Below, in pieces: positions 1 to 9,637 of a stretch of 64,000 nucleotides of DNA. The stretch comes from an uncultured Nitrososphaerota archaeon. GTDB lineage: Archaea > Thermoproteota > Nitrososphaeria > Nitrososphaerales > Gagatemarchaeaceae. The notes under the pieces are model-generated. The model was not told the DNA's origin and ran no database searches. It saw nothing but the letters and a program-made list of their open reading frames with translations. Made by a program: the position numbers and the translations under genes. Position 1 is the stretch's first letter. Each line of letters begins with the position of its first letter. The stretch lies in NCBI GenBank assembly GCA_963838925.1, contig CAWISW010000003.1, forward strand, positions 672,001 through 736,000, given 5' to 3'.

Positions 1-587
1 CCGTTTCGGGGGGCAAGGTGGTGCTCCGTCCTGTGGTACCTCACGGAAACCGCGAGGGGCTTGTTGATGAGGGGCGAGGTCCCGGTCTGGCCGTAGATCA
101 CGCGGTGGCGGACATAGTCGGGGAAGTAGCCGAGGGTGACGTCCCAGTCGTCGAACGACCTCGTGAAGACGATGTCGTGGCTGCCCCAGTCCTCGGTCTT
201 CTTTGCGGGGTGGAGCCTCACCTCGTCGGCGGTCTCGTTGACGAGCCTCTCCAGCCTGTCGGTGAGTATCTTCCTCCTCATCAGCCTCTCCGCCTCGGCC
301 GGAGTGGTGTCGAGGACGCCGAGCATGAGGTTGGTGAACTCGTCAGACGTGACGGGCTTGGGCGCCCTCATGTTGGTGACGATCATGTCGATGACCTTGG
401 TGGCTATCGCGTCGCGCCCCGTCGCAGCGCCGTTCCCCTTGGAGCGGACTATCATCGCGAGCGCCCTCTTCCTCCCCTCGTCGGTCTCCTCCGCCGCGGT
501 CGGGTCGAAGAACGCGTCGAAGCCGTCCATGATGCCGAGTAGCGTCTCGACGACTTCCATGATGGTTTCGGCTTTCGCTACGTGCAA
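1..587 (-). CDS. Hypothetical protein, runs off the left edge of the window
   Basis: Manually translated open minus-strand frame (TTG at 587 or ATG at 560: MEVVETLLGIMDGFDAFFDP...), GC3-rich codon usage, no stop before position 1. Confidence 0.7.
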   Translation of the reverse strand, partial: MHVAKAETIMEVVETLLGIMDGFDAFFDPTAAEETDEGRKRALAMIVRSKGNGAATGRDAIATKVIDMIVTNMRAPKPVTSDEFTNLMLGVLDTTPAEAERLMRRKILTDRLERLVNETADEVRLHPAKKTEDWGSHDIVFTRSFDDWDVTLGYFPDYVRHRVIYGQTGTSPLINKPLAVSVRYHRTEHHLAPRN

Positions 588-706
588 TTTATCCTTTAGG
601 AGTGATTCTTCCATGAGAGGAGCGTCGCTTGGGGCGCGCCGCTATCGATTACGCGAAATATGGCGCGCGTGTTTATTAGCTCCGCAGGGAAAACGAGGTC
701 TCGTCG

Positions 707-1708
707 ATGGTCTACTGGTACGTCTACCTCAGCCTGGCCGTAGCGGTCACGGTCTCGTTCTGGGCCTCGCTCCTCGAGGCGACGTTCCTGACCGTCCGGC
801 CGCTCTCCTTGACCGCCTCGAGCGAGGGCGGGAACGTCAAGGCGAAGAAGGCCCTCAAGATCGTCGAGGAGAAGACCAAGCTCGTCAGCACAACCACCCT
901 GCTGTCGACGTTCGCGGACGTCATCCTCACCAGCACGACGGGTCTCATCCTCTCGAGCGCCCTCGGTCCCGGCGGGTGGGTGGTCGCGGTGATCGTCGTC
1001 TCGCTCGTGATAATGGTCTTCCTCAACCTCCTCCCGAAGGCGATAGGCATCGAGAACTCGGTGCGGATGGCCCTCTTCCTCTCCCCGGGCACCGGGGCGC
1101 TCCTGACCATCCTCTCGCCCGCAGCCGTCCCCCTCACAAGGCTGTCCAAGACGCTCTCGCAGGCGGTCGTGGGCAAGCCGGCCTACGAGAAGGAGGCGCT
1201 GGTCGACGAGTTCGAGAGCCTCCTGATAATGCTGGAGAAGGCCGGGGAGATCGAGCCCGACTCCGGCAGGATACTCAGGTCTGCGCTCGCGTCGTCCAAG
1301 ACGACCGCCGGCAACCTCCTGACGCCGATCACCGAGATAGTCGCCGTGAACGCCGGTTCGGACGTCAGAGAGGCCCTGAGGCTCATGGGCAAGTCCAACC
1401 ATCCCCACCTCCCAGTCTACGACTCCAAGACCAAGTCCTACCTCGGCGCCGTGACGTTCCGCTCGCTCTTCAGGGCCTTCAACTCCGAGGGCATTAGCGA
1501 CGGCGTCAGCCGCTACATGGTCCAGCCGGCCAAGGTGGACGCGTACGAGACCGCGGCCTCGGTCATGGACAAGATGCAAAAGGCCGGCGTGACGATGGCG
1601 TTCGTCTCCGAAGGAGGGACGCTGATCGGGATGGTGACCGTCACCGACATCCTCGAGGTCATACTCGGGACGAAGATAAGAAGGGAAGCGCACTCAGAGA
1701 CAGCCTAG
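707..1708 (+). CDS. CNNM/DUF21 + CBS-pair membrane protein (CorB/HlyC-like)
   Basis: N-terminal TM helices with SLLEATF and LLPKAIG motifs, followed by two CBS domains. Confidence 0.85.
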   Translation: MVYWYVYLSLAVAVTVSFWASLLEATFLTVRPLSLTASSEGGNVKAKKALKIVEEKTKLVSTTTLLSTFADVILTSTTGLILSSALGPGGWVVAVIVVSLVIMVFLNLLPKAIGIENSVRMALFLSPGTGALLTILSPAAVPLTRLSKTLSQAVVGKPAYEKEALVDEFESLLIMLEKAGEIEPDSGRILRSALASSKTTAGNLLTPITEIVAVNAGSDVREALRLMGKSNHPHLPVYDSKTKSYLGAVTFRSLFRAFNSEGISDGVSRYMVQPAKVDAYETAASVMDKMQKAGVTMAFVSEGGTLIGMVTVTDILEVILGTKIRREAHSETA

Positions 1709-1728
1709 GGACGGCGCGCGTCCCGAAG

Positions 1729-2433
1729 TCAGATGAGGGAGGCTATGAGGACGGCGACGATGCCGGTGAGGAATATCCCGTCGAACTTCCCCGCGCCGCC
1801 GATGCTCGCGACGTGGGTCCCTCCCCTCGCGATCTTCCCGAGGTTCGAGAGGTCGGCCCCTATCAGCGTGCCAAGAGTCCCCGCGATGTAGGCGGTGACC
1901 ACGAGGTTGCTCCCCGCGAACGGGAGCGAGAAGAGGACGGCGGCGATTGGCGGGAGCAGGGTCGGCGCGACTATCCCCACCCCCTCGACGTACTTCGCGA
2001 CCATGTGGACCGCTAGCGCGGTCAGGAGCGTAGCCGCGAGGGCGCCGAGCCAGATCCCCGGGTGAGCGTTCACGAGGAGCGCCGAGACCACGAGCGGGAC
2101 CAGGCCTCCCCCGACGTTGAGGGCGATGGTGGTCGAGACCTCAGTCAGCGCGTACTCCGGGATCCTGTAGGTCACCCAGAACGCCCTGACCTCCCGCACC
2201 ACGACGGTCGGGCGCACGTCCTTGAGCCGCCAGATCGGGATGTCGACGTAGCTGCCGATCAGCGTTATGCCGAGGATGACGAGGAACTGGAGGCGCGTGA
2301 ACCCGGTCTTCTCGAACGCCACTTCCGTCACGAAGAAGAAGATGAACGCGGCGACGACGAGGAAGGCAAGCGCAAGGATGTAGTCTACAGGCGTATACTG
2401 CCTTCTGTAGACCGCGCGTCTACTGCTCGACGT
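1729..2433 (-). CDS. DUF1614 family membrane protein (start uncertain: GTG 2331 or ACG 2433)
   Basis: IALNVGGGLVP, GTLGTLIGADL and SIGGAGKFDGIFLTG motifs; coding-like TM segment continues upstream of 2331. Confidence 0.8.
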   Translation of the reverse strand, partial: TSSSRRAVYRRQYTPVDYILALAFLVVAAFIFFFVTEVAFEKTGFTRLQFLVILGITLIGSYVDIPIWRLKDVRPTVVVREVRAFWVTYRIPEYALTEVSTTIALNVGGGLVPLVVSALLVNAHPGIWLGALAATLLTALAVHMVAKYVEGVGIVAPTLLPPIAAVLFSLPFAGSNLVVTAYIAGTLGTLIGADLSNLGKIARGGTHVASIGGAGKFDGIFLTGIVAVLIASLI

Positions 2434-2454
2434 ACCTCGCCCCTCGCCCGGGAG

Positions 2455-3078
2455 CTAGATGTGCGCCTTCAGCTCTTCGACGTCCCCGCGAGGCGATTGC
2501 TCCGCGAAGATCTCGGCCTGGAACCTCTGCACCTTGACGTCTGGGGTGAGCCAGGCGTCGGTGAGAAGGCCAGCCTTCTCGCACGTCAGCGACAGGAAGT
2601 CGTCCGGGGTGAGCGCCATGTCCGTCGCGACCTGTGGAAGCAGTAGACCGCTGCGTCCCAGCCCGGTGACGATGAGCCCGTCCGTTCCTATCCTCACGTG
2701 GTCGGGCAGGTCGATGGCGTTGCACTCGAGGAGCTCAGGCTCCGTAAGGGCGCTCACCTCCACCTTCAGGGAAGCGAGCTCCGCCGGGGTGACGCTCGCG
2801 AACCTCGGGTCTCGGGTCGCCGCCCCGACCGCCGCGTGGACCACCGCACCCAGGAGCGGCTTCACGGGGTAGGGCAGCCCGATGCAGCCCCTGAGCTCCC
2901 CCGCCGAGTCCGTGAGGGTGACGAAGACGCCCCTGTGGCTCCTCAGGAAGCCGTCCTCGCCCGCCGGCCACGATGCGAGCTCGTCGTCCCTCGGTGGCCT
3001 GCCATCGGTCACGGCCGTCTCCACCGTCTTCCTCGCGATGGAGACTAGGTGAGCGCCCTGCTCTAACGAAAGCGTCAT
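2455..3078 (-). CDS. AMMECR1 family protein (AmmeMemoRadiSam protein A)
   Basis: GVFVTL, LRGCIG, DPRF, EVSALT and GLLLPQVA motifs. Confidence 0.93.
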   Translation of the reverse strand: MTLSLEQGAHLVSIARKTVETAVTDGRPPRDDELASWPAGEDGFLRSHRGVFVTLTDSAGELRGCIGLPYPVKPLLGAVVHAAVGAATRDPRFASVTPAELASLKVEVSALTEPELLECNAIDLPDHVRIGTDGLIVTGLGRSGLLLPQVATDMALTPDDFLSLTCEKAGLLTDAWLTPDVKVQRFQAEIFAEQSPRGDVEELKAHI

Positions 3079-3193
3079 TCTTCTTGCCCTAGGAGGCTTC
3101 TCTAGGACCCATCCGATAAACCCTTTTGCTGTGGAAGGGCGCCTTCGAGCGTTTCATTCTCCTTAAATCTCGTGCCCGCTTCTCAGCCAAGCG

Positions 3194-4057
3194 ATGACAC
3201 TGAGGAAGCCCGCGGTGGCCGGAACCTTCTACCCGGCGGGGGAGGCCGAGCTCCGCGCCGCAATCGAGAGCTCCTACCTCCACAAGCTCGGCCCAGGGAA
3301 GCTCCCCTCCACCGGGATCGTCGAGGAGGGTCTGAAGGCGTGCGTCTGCCCCCACGCGGGCTACGCCTACTCCGGCCCAGTCGCCGCGCACAGCTACCTC
3401 GACATCTCACAGCTGAGCAAGCCCGAGCTCGTGGTCATCGTCGGGCCCAACCACTACGGCCTGGGGAGCGGCGCGGCCACCTACGGCGAGGGCGAGTGGG
3501 AGACCCCCCTGGGGAAGGCCAAGGTCGACAAGGAAGCCTCGGATAGGATCGTGAGGCTGACCGGCTTCGTGGACATAGACCCCGAGGCCCACAGGAAGGA
3601 GCACTCCATCGAGGTCCAGCTCCCGTTCCTCCAGCACCTCTACGGGGGCTCGTTCAGCTTCCTGCCCATCTCGCTAGCCTACCAGGAGAAGGCCATCGCC
3701 CGAGACCTCGGGAAGGCGCTGGCGGAGCTCCTCAAGGAGGCGGGCGAGGCGGAGGTGAGCGCGGTCCTCATCGCCTCCTCCGACCTGACCCACTACGAGC
3801 CCGCGGCGCAGGCGAGGGAGAAGGACACGATGCTACTGAAGCACGTCCAGTCGCTCGACCTGGACGCGTTCTACACGGCCCTCGAGAGGAGGAACATCAC
3901 CGCCTGCGGGTACGGCGCCATAGCCTCGGTGATGGAGGCCTGCAGGATCCTCGGGTTCGCCAAGGGGCGGGTCAACGCCTATGCGACGAGCGGCGACGTC
4001 ACCGGCGACAACGACGCCGTGGTGGGTTACTCGTCTGTCTCGTTCCAGGAGCGCTGA
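3194..4057 (+). CDS. MEMO1 family protein (AmmeMemoRadiSam protein B)
   Basis: RKPAVAGTFYP, PHAGYAYSG, GPNH, EHSIEVQLPFLQ, SSDLTHY and CGYG motifs. Confidence 0.95.
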   Translation: MTLRKPAVAGTFYPAGEAELRAAIESSYLHKLGPGKLPSTGIVEEGLKACVCPHAGYAYSGPVAAHSYLDISQLSKPELVVIVGPNHYGLGSGAATYGEGEWETPLGKAKVDKEASDRIVRLTGFVDIDPEAHRKEHSIEVQLPFLQHLYGGSFSFLPISLAYQEKAIARDLGKALAELLKEAGEAEVSAVLIASSDLTHYEPAAQAREKDTMLLKHVQSLDLDAFYTALERRNITACGYGAIASVMEACRILGFAKGRVNAYATSGDVTGDNDAVVGYSSVSFQER

Positions 4058-4121
4058 GCCGGTGCGCGGCAGGAACCGCGCGACTCCGAAGAGATTGAAA
4101 CATCCAGCTGTGGATTCTGAC

Positions 4122-4595
4122 ATGAGAAAGTCGGTCGCAGAGATTCTCGACAAGCCTGTTTCGGAGCTCGCAGACAAGGCCAACCAGAAGACACTGGCAC
4201 TCTGGGCCGCAGACTGCGCAGAGCATGTCCTCACATACTTTGAGGATAAGTATCCTAAGGACGACCGACCTCGAAAAGCCGTCGAAGCATTACGGACGTG
4301 GGCAGCCACAGGCGTGTTCAAGATGGCTGACGTGCGTAGGGCTTCGCTCGCGGCTCATGCTGCTGCTCGTGAAGCGAAGGAGGATGATGCGGTTGCTGCT
4401 GCCCGCGCCGCAGGCCAGGCGATGGCGACCGCGCATGTTCCCACTCACGCTATCGGCGCCGCTGCTTACGCCATCAAGGCCGCCGCTGCCCATTCCAACA
4501 ACCTGGGTGACGGCATCATCAAGGAACGCAATTGGCAATTGCGACGCTTGCGTCGCATAGCGAATGCGGAGTGCGGGCAGGGACATCCCTTATAG
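4122..4595 (+). CDS. Imm-5-like putative immunity protein
   Basis: LALWAADCAEHVL..FE...P.DDRPR and AARAAGQA.ATAHV..HA motifs; lower-GC codon usage than flanks. Confidence 0.75.
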   Translation: MRKSVAEILDKPVSELADKANQKTLALWAADCAEHVLTYFEDKYPKDDRPRKAVEALRTWAATGVFKMADVRRASLAAHAAAREAKEDDAVAAARAAGQAMATAHVPTHAIGAAAYAIKAAAAHSNNLGDGIIKERNWQLRRLRRIANAECGQGHPL

Positions 4596-4619
4596 GGATG
4601 GGCACCCCCTCGAAGCCGA

Positions 4620-5699
4620 ACGGACACGGTAGAGAAGGAAGGTATCCTCTGGCATCCTGTCGGGGACGGCAGGATAGTGTGCGACGCGTGCAACCGGAGG
4701 TGCTCAATCCCCGAGGGCTCCCACGGGTTCTGCTACGTGAGGAAGAACGTCGGGGGCAAGCTCTACCTCTCGGTCTACGGCAAGCTCGCCGCGATGCAGA
4801 TCGACCCCATCGAAAAGAAGCCCTTCAACCACTTCCATCCCGGGACGCACGTCTTCACAGTGGGGACAATTTCCTGTTCGTGGCATTGCACTTTTTGCCA
4901 GAACCACGCGATCAGCAAGGAGACGGATGTCTACGGAGAAGATGTCCCACCAGAACAAGTCCCCCTGCTTGCAGAGGAGAAAGATTGTGAAGGAGTTGGC
5001 TTCAGCTACAACGAGCCGACGATTTTCGTGGAGTATGTTATCGACGCCGCAAGGGAGGCCCACAGGATGGGCAAATACACGGTCTTCGTCACCAACGGCT
5101 ACGGAACGGCTGAGATGGTCAGGGCCATCAAGGGATATGTCGACGCGGTAGTGGTCGACTACAAGGGGAACGGCGAGGAGCTCTTCCAGAAGCGGCAGAC
5201 GATGACCGTCAGCGCCGAGCCAATCAAGCAAACACTGTTGGAGCTAAAGGCGCAGAAGATCCACACGGAGCTCACAGACCTAATCATCCCGCAGTTCGGC
5301 GAGGACCTCGACGAGGCCAAGAGGCTCTGCGACTGGCTCTACGACAACCTCGGCCCAGACGTCCCGATCCAGTTCACGAGGTTCCATCCTGACTACAAGA
5401 TGCTCGACGTCCCTTCCACCCCCAACGAGCTCCTGCTGAAGCACCACGAGATCGCCACCAAGGCAGGCTTGAACTACGCCTACGTCGGTAACGTGCCCGG
5501 GAGCCCTCAGGAGCACACCTACTGCCCGGGCTGCCACGAGGTGGCCATCGAGAGGTACGGATTCATGATAACCGGCTGGAACCTCGACGACGACTACCAC
5601 TGCAAGACGTGCGGCTACAAGATCCCCATCGTAGGAAAGAGGGCCGAGAGGTTCCGCTACCGGGGGATCGAGTCGTTCTACATCCCCAACCCGCGGTGA
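4620..5699 (+). CDS. AmmeMemoRadiSam system radical SAM enzyme (start uncertain: ACG 4620 or GTG 4677)
   Basis: CDACNRRC, DPIEKKPFNHFHPG, CSWHCTFCQN (CxxxCxxC), YNEPT and FHPDYKM motifs; C-terminal CPGC/CKTC. Confidence 0.92.
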   Translation, partial: TDTVEKEGILWHPVGDGRIVCDACNRRCSIPEGSHGFCYVRKNVGGKLYLSVYGKLAAMQIDPIEKKPFNHFHPGTHVFTVGTISCSWHCTFCQNHAISKETDVYGEDVPPEQVPLLAEEKDCEGVGFSYNEPTIFVEYVIDAAREAHRMGKYTVFVTNGYGTAEMVRAIKGYVDAVVVDYKGNGEELFQKRQTMTVSAEPIKQTLLELKAQKIHTELTDLIIPQFGEDLDEAKRLCDWLYDNLGPDVPIQFTRFHPDYKMLDVPSTPNELLLKHHEIATKAGLNYAYVGNVPGSPQEHTYCPGCHEVAIERYGFMITGWNLDDDYHCKTCGYKIPIVGKRAERFRYRGIESFYIPNPR

Positions 5700-5721
5700 G
5701 CGGGACTAGGGAACGGTGGCT

Positions 5722-5925
5722 CTAGCTGATGAGGACGATGTACTTGCCGCGCTCTAGCGTCTTGGACTGGCTTATGCACGATTCCTCGGAGAAGCATATC
5801 TCGAGCTTGGGGTTCTTGTCCTTCGCAATCTCCTTGATCTCTTCCTCGCTCAGGCCAGACTCGAGCAGAAACCTCAGGTAGTTCACGTCGTGCCTGAGGG
5901 TCTGGTCCTCCTCTTCGGGGTTCAT
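5722..5925 (-). CDS. Small hypothetical protein (67 aa)
   Basis: Compact ORF with typical codon usage and an AT-rich promoter-like region upstream. Confidence 0.55.
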   Translation of the reverse strand: MNPEEEDQTLRHDVNYLRFLLESGLSEEEIKEIAKDKNPKLEICFSEESCISQSKTLERGKYIVLIS

Positions 5926-6245
5926 ATTCCGCCCTTTTCGTTAACAAACGAACTATTTCCATATAAGTCTTTCCACAATCTGTTCTGGTATCGACATCTG
6001 CGAATGCCATTCACTCACGCCTTGCCGCCTGCGAGGCTCGTTCGTTCATCTCCCTCTGCTGGACGAGTTGCGCATCGAGGGAGACTCGGGTCCATCTTCG
6101 ACTTCCAGTCGAGCCTCGACGGAGACGAGCGACGCAAGAGCATCTAGCTAGTCGCGGACTTGGCCGGAATTCCGGTCTCGCTCCCATCTAGACTTAAGAA
6201 CCAGCCAAGAGGCCCGAGGCCCAACGCGAGGACTGACGCCACAAA

Positions 6246-8745
6246 CTGTCTACCGACAAGTCTCCCAGCAGGGCGAAGAGCAGAAAGTCTGGGGCCACCG
6301 CCTTTTCGAGGCTGGGCGAGCTCGTCGTCAAGAGGCACAGGCTCGTCGTGGTCTTCTGGATAATCGCCCTGGTCGTCCTGATCCCCGCGGTCCTCAACGA
6401 GGGGAACGCGCTCTCCCTCTCGCAGGGCACCACGTCGGGCAACAACCTGGAGTCGGTGCAGGCCTCGAACATCATCTCGGCGCAGTTCGCCAGCTCCGTG
6501 CCCACCAACAGCCTGATCATAGTGGTGACGGCCAAGAACGTCACGACGCCAGCCGTCCAGGACACGATCAACAGCCTCGTGTCCCAGATAGGGGCGGACA
6601 AGAGCCTGGTCGGGGTCCAGAGCGTTACCAGCGTCTACTCGGTCCTGTATCCCGTCTTGAACGGCACGGGAGGACCTGCGCACATGGTCCTGAACCAGAC
6701 GCAGCTCGAGTCCCTCGCCGGGGGCGTCGCGTGGAAGCCCTCGCGCTACTCCCTGGGTCCCCGCCTCGAGTCCGTGGTCTCCTCCTTCGTCTCCCCGAAC
6801 GCCAACACCACGCTGATCTCGGTGAGCGAGAACGAGACCTCCACGGACAACGTCCTCGCGATCCGCTCGATCATCTCCGGGATGGGGCTCTCCAACGGGC
6901 TGACGAGCGCGCCCCCCTCCTCCTCGGGGATCTCAGCGGTCCAGGTGACGGGCGGAGACGCGATCTCGCACGACTTTGGGGGCTCGACGACGAGCGACCT
7001 CGGCATCATCCTCCCCGTCACCATCGCCCTCCTGATAATCGCGACCGGGCTCTTCTTCAGGTCGGTCGTCACGCCCTTCGTGGCGCTCACCAGCATCGGG
7101 GTGGCGCTCGGCATCTCCCAGGTCTTCGTAGTCCTGGCTGGCACGTTCATCGCGAAGGTCGACTTCACCATCCCGACCATCCTCCTCACCATCGTGATAG
7201 GGGTGGGGACCGACTATAGCGTCTTCATCATCTCGAGATATCGGGAGGAGCGGGTGAAGGGCCTCCCGGCGAAGGACGCCATCGTCACGTCGGTGACGTG
7301 GGCGGGGGAGAGCATCACCACGAGCGGGGCCACGGTCATCATCTCGTTCCTCTCGCTCACGTTCACCTCCGTCACCTTCCTCAAGACCATGGGAGTCGTC
7401 GTGGGCCTCGGGGTCCTGCGTGGCCCTCCTGGTCGCCCTCACCCTGGTCCCCGCAGTCGCCACCATGCTCTCCGAGTCCCTCTTCTGGCCCACCTCAGGC
7501 AAGCGGTTCGCAGCCCACTCGAAGGGGGTCCTCTCGAGGCTCCAGAGGCGGTCGGGCTACTTCTCGAAGAGCGGCGCCTTCTCGGTGAAGCACGCAAAGG
7601 CGCTCATGGTGGTCGCGCTGCTGGTCTCGCTCCCCGCCCTCTACGTGTACCTCGGCACAACTCCGACCTACGACTTCCTGGCGGGCGCCCCCAGCAACCT
7701 AGAGTCGGTCAGCGCCTCGAACCACCTCACGTCGGGCTTCGGAGGAGGCAGGCTGAACCCCTCCTACGTCGTGGTCTCCTTCGCCCAGCCGCTCAGGAAC
7801 GGCACCGGGTTCGACGCGTCCGAGATGGGGGTCTTGCAGGACATGTCCAGCTACATCGCCTCGATCCCGGACATCGCCAACGTCACCGGGCCGACCATGC
7901 CCTACGGCCACGCCGTCGACTACTCCTCGGCCTCGATACTGACGGGCACCGACCCCCAGGACGCGCAGACGAGGGCCGCCATGCTGCAGGCAATAGGGAA
8001 GGACAACACCACAGCGCTCATCACGATAAGCTTCAGGATCGACCCCTCGTCCACGAAGGCGCTCGACGACGCCCAGGCTCTCCGCAACTACCTCCACGCC
8101 AACTATGACGGCAAGCCAGGCGTCGTCCAGGTGCTCCTGGGAGGCGCCTCCGGGTCGATAGTGGACACCAGGCAGGTCTCCACCGACCAGTTCAACCTCG
8201 TCGTCCCGCTGGTGGCGGTCGGCGTCGCCCTGATCCTCTTCATCGTGCTCGACTCCCTCGTGCTACCGATCTTCGCGCTCATCTCCGTCCTGATGAGCAT
8301 CATCTGGACGCTGGCGCTGACCGAGGTCGTCTTCAAGGGGCTCTACAACTACGACCTCCTCTTCATCACGCCCCTGTTCCTTTTCGTGACCCTTCTCGGG
8401 CTGGGGATGGACTACAACATCTTCATTCTCACGAGGGTCCGCGAGGAGAGCCGCAAGGACAGGAACAGGAACGAGGCCGTCATCCGGGCCATCGAGAACA
8501 CGGGGGGCGTGATCTCCGCGGCCGCGGTCATACTCGCCGGCTCCCTCGGAGCCCTGATGCTCTCGGGCGACCTCCTCCTCAAGCAGATAGGGTTCGCGTT
8601 CTCGTTCTCCATCCTGGTGGACGCGCTCTTCGTCCGCACCTACCTCGTCCCCGCCGTGATGTCCTTCCTCGGGAAGTGGAACTGGTACAACCCCGTGCCG
8701 GTGCTCAAGAGGTCCCGGGAGCTGTACAAGGACACCGACGCCTGA
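6246..8745 (+). pseudogene. MMPL/RND family transporter with a +1 frameshift near 7418-7419 (pseudogene or assembly error); probable CTG start at 6246
   Basis: Two MMPL halves (GVGTDYSVFIISRYREE; GLGMDYNIFILTRVREE) in ORFs 6348.. and 7420..8745, joined by GTC CTG C GTG GCC. Confidence 0.85.
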
Positions 8746-8763
8746 ACGGCCAACGATGCAGAA

Positions 8764-9543
8764 TCAGGTCTGGGGGATCGGCTTCGCCGGCTGGACTTCG
8801 CTCGGGCGGAACTCCTTCATGAGCCTCTCGCAGACCGTGCAGACCGAGACCTCCCTGGGGAAGTCCTTGAACTTCACCGACCTCAGCTTCCAGATCGGCC
8901 TCCGCTTGCTCGCGGACATCCTCGCCTTCTCGCGCGCCTCGAGCTGGAGGTCGTAGTAGAACACGCCCGCGTCCCTGAGGTAGTCGATGCCGTCGACGAG
9001 CTTCAGGCCGCTGAGCCTCGCGATGTAGCCTAGCCTCTGGTACTCCACGTCGTGGAGGTCCTGCTCCCTCTTCAGCTTCCGGTTCGTCACCTTCTCGAAC
9101 TCGTTCAGCCTGGCTGCTATCGAGGCGCGCTGCGACTCGTCAGCGGTGATCCCGCTTATGCGGATGGGGGCGCCCTTCCTCACCGCGTAAGAGACCTCGT
9201 CCAGCTCCCGGATGGTGTTGCGCCCCTCCTCGAGGAGGTTCGAGAGGAACTGCATGGACTTGAACTGGTCGGCGTTCTGGAGGACGAACGCCAGGTCGAA
9301 CTCCTTGAAGGCGTCCTGTATCCCCTCCTTCCACTTGGCCGAGTTCGCGACGAGGGCGTCCCTCGCTGCCTTGGTGGCGGCTATCTCCTGGGAGATCTTC
9401 ACCTCGTCCTCGGTGTCGCCGCTGAGCGCCGAGCCGATCTCGCTCGACGTCCTCCGGCATATCCAGCACGTAGCGTCAGGTGAGGCCGTCTCGACGGCTG
9501 TTGCTTCCTTCGGCATTTTGGGCTCGCCTTGGCCGTAGGACAT
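8764..9543 (-). CDS. Hypothetical protein with N-terminal CWIC and C-terminal CTVC (possible split Zn site) around a helical core
   Basis: 259-aa ORF with host-like codon usage. Confidence 0.7.
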   Translation of the reverse strand: MSYGQGEPKMPKEATAVETASPDATCWICRRTSSEIGSALSGDTEDEVKISQEIAATKAARDALVANSAKWKEGIQDAFKEFDLAFVLQNADQFKSMQFLSNLLEEGRNTIRELDEVSYAVRKGAPIRISGITADESQRASIAARLNEFEKVTNRKLKREQDLHDVEYQRLGYIARLSGLKLVDGIDYLRDAGVFYYDLQLEAREKARMSASKRRPIWKLRSVKFKDFPREVSVCTVCERLMKEFRPSEVQPAKPIPQT

Positions 9544-9637
9544 GGTGAGATAAGCGTTGTATCTCCCCCAAGCCAGCGGGGAGGCGACAGAAAGCGCTAC
9601 TAATCACCGGCCCTGCGCCGGTGGGGCTGCGAGCCAG

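Noticed and set aside
136-1693. Long alternative-frame and antisense ORFs (e.g. 136-1497, 596-1693, also 19204-20655, 41299-42552, 57653-59575)
   Set aside because: Shadow ORFs typical of high-GC DNA; Arg/Gly/Pro-rich and overlapping well-supported genes
7405-7430. A second BHB intron or programmed frameshift in the MMPL gene
   Set aside because: Only one extra base; no BHB or slippery sequence
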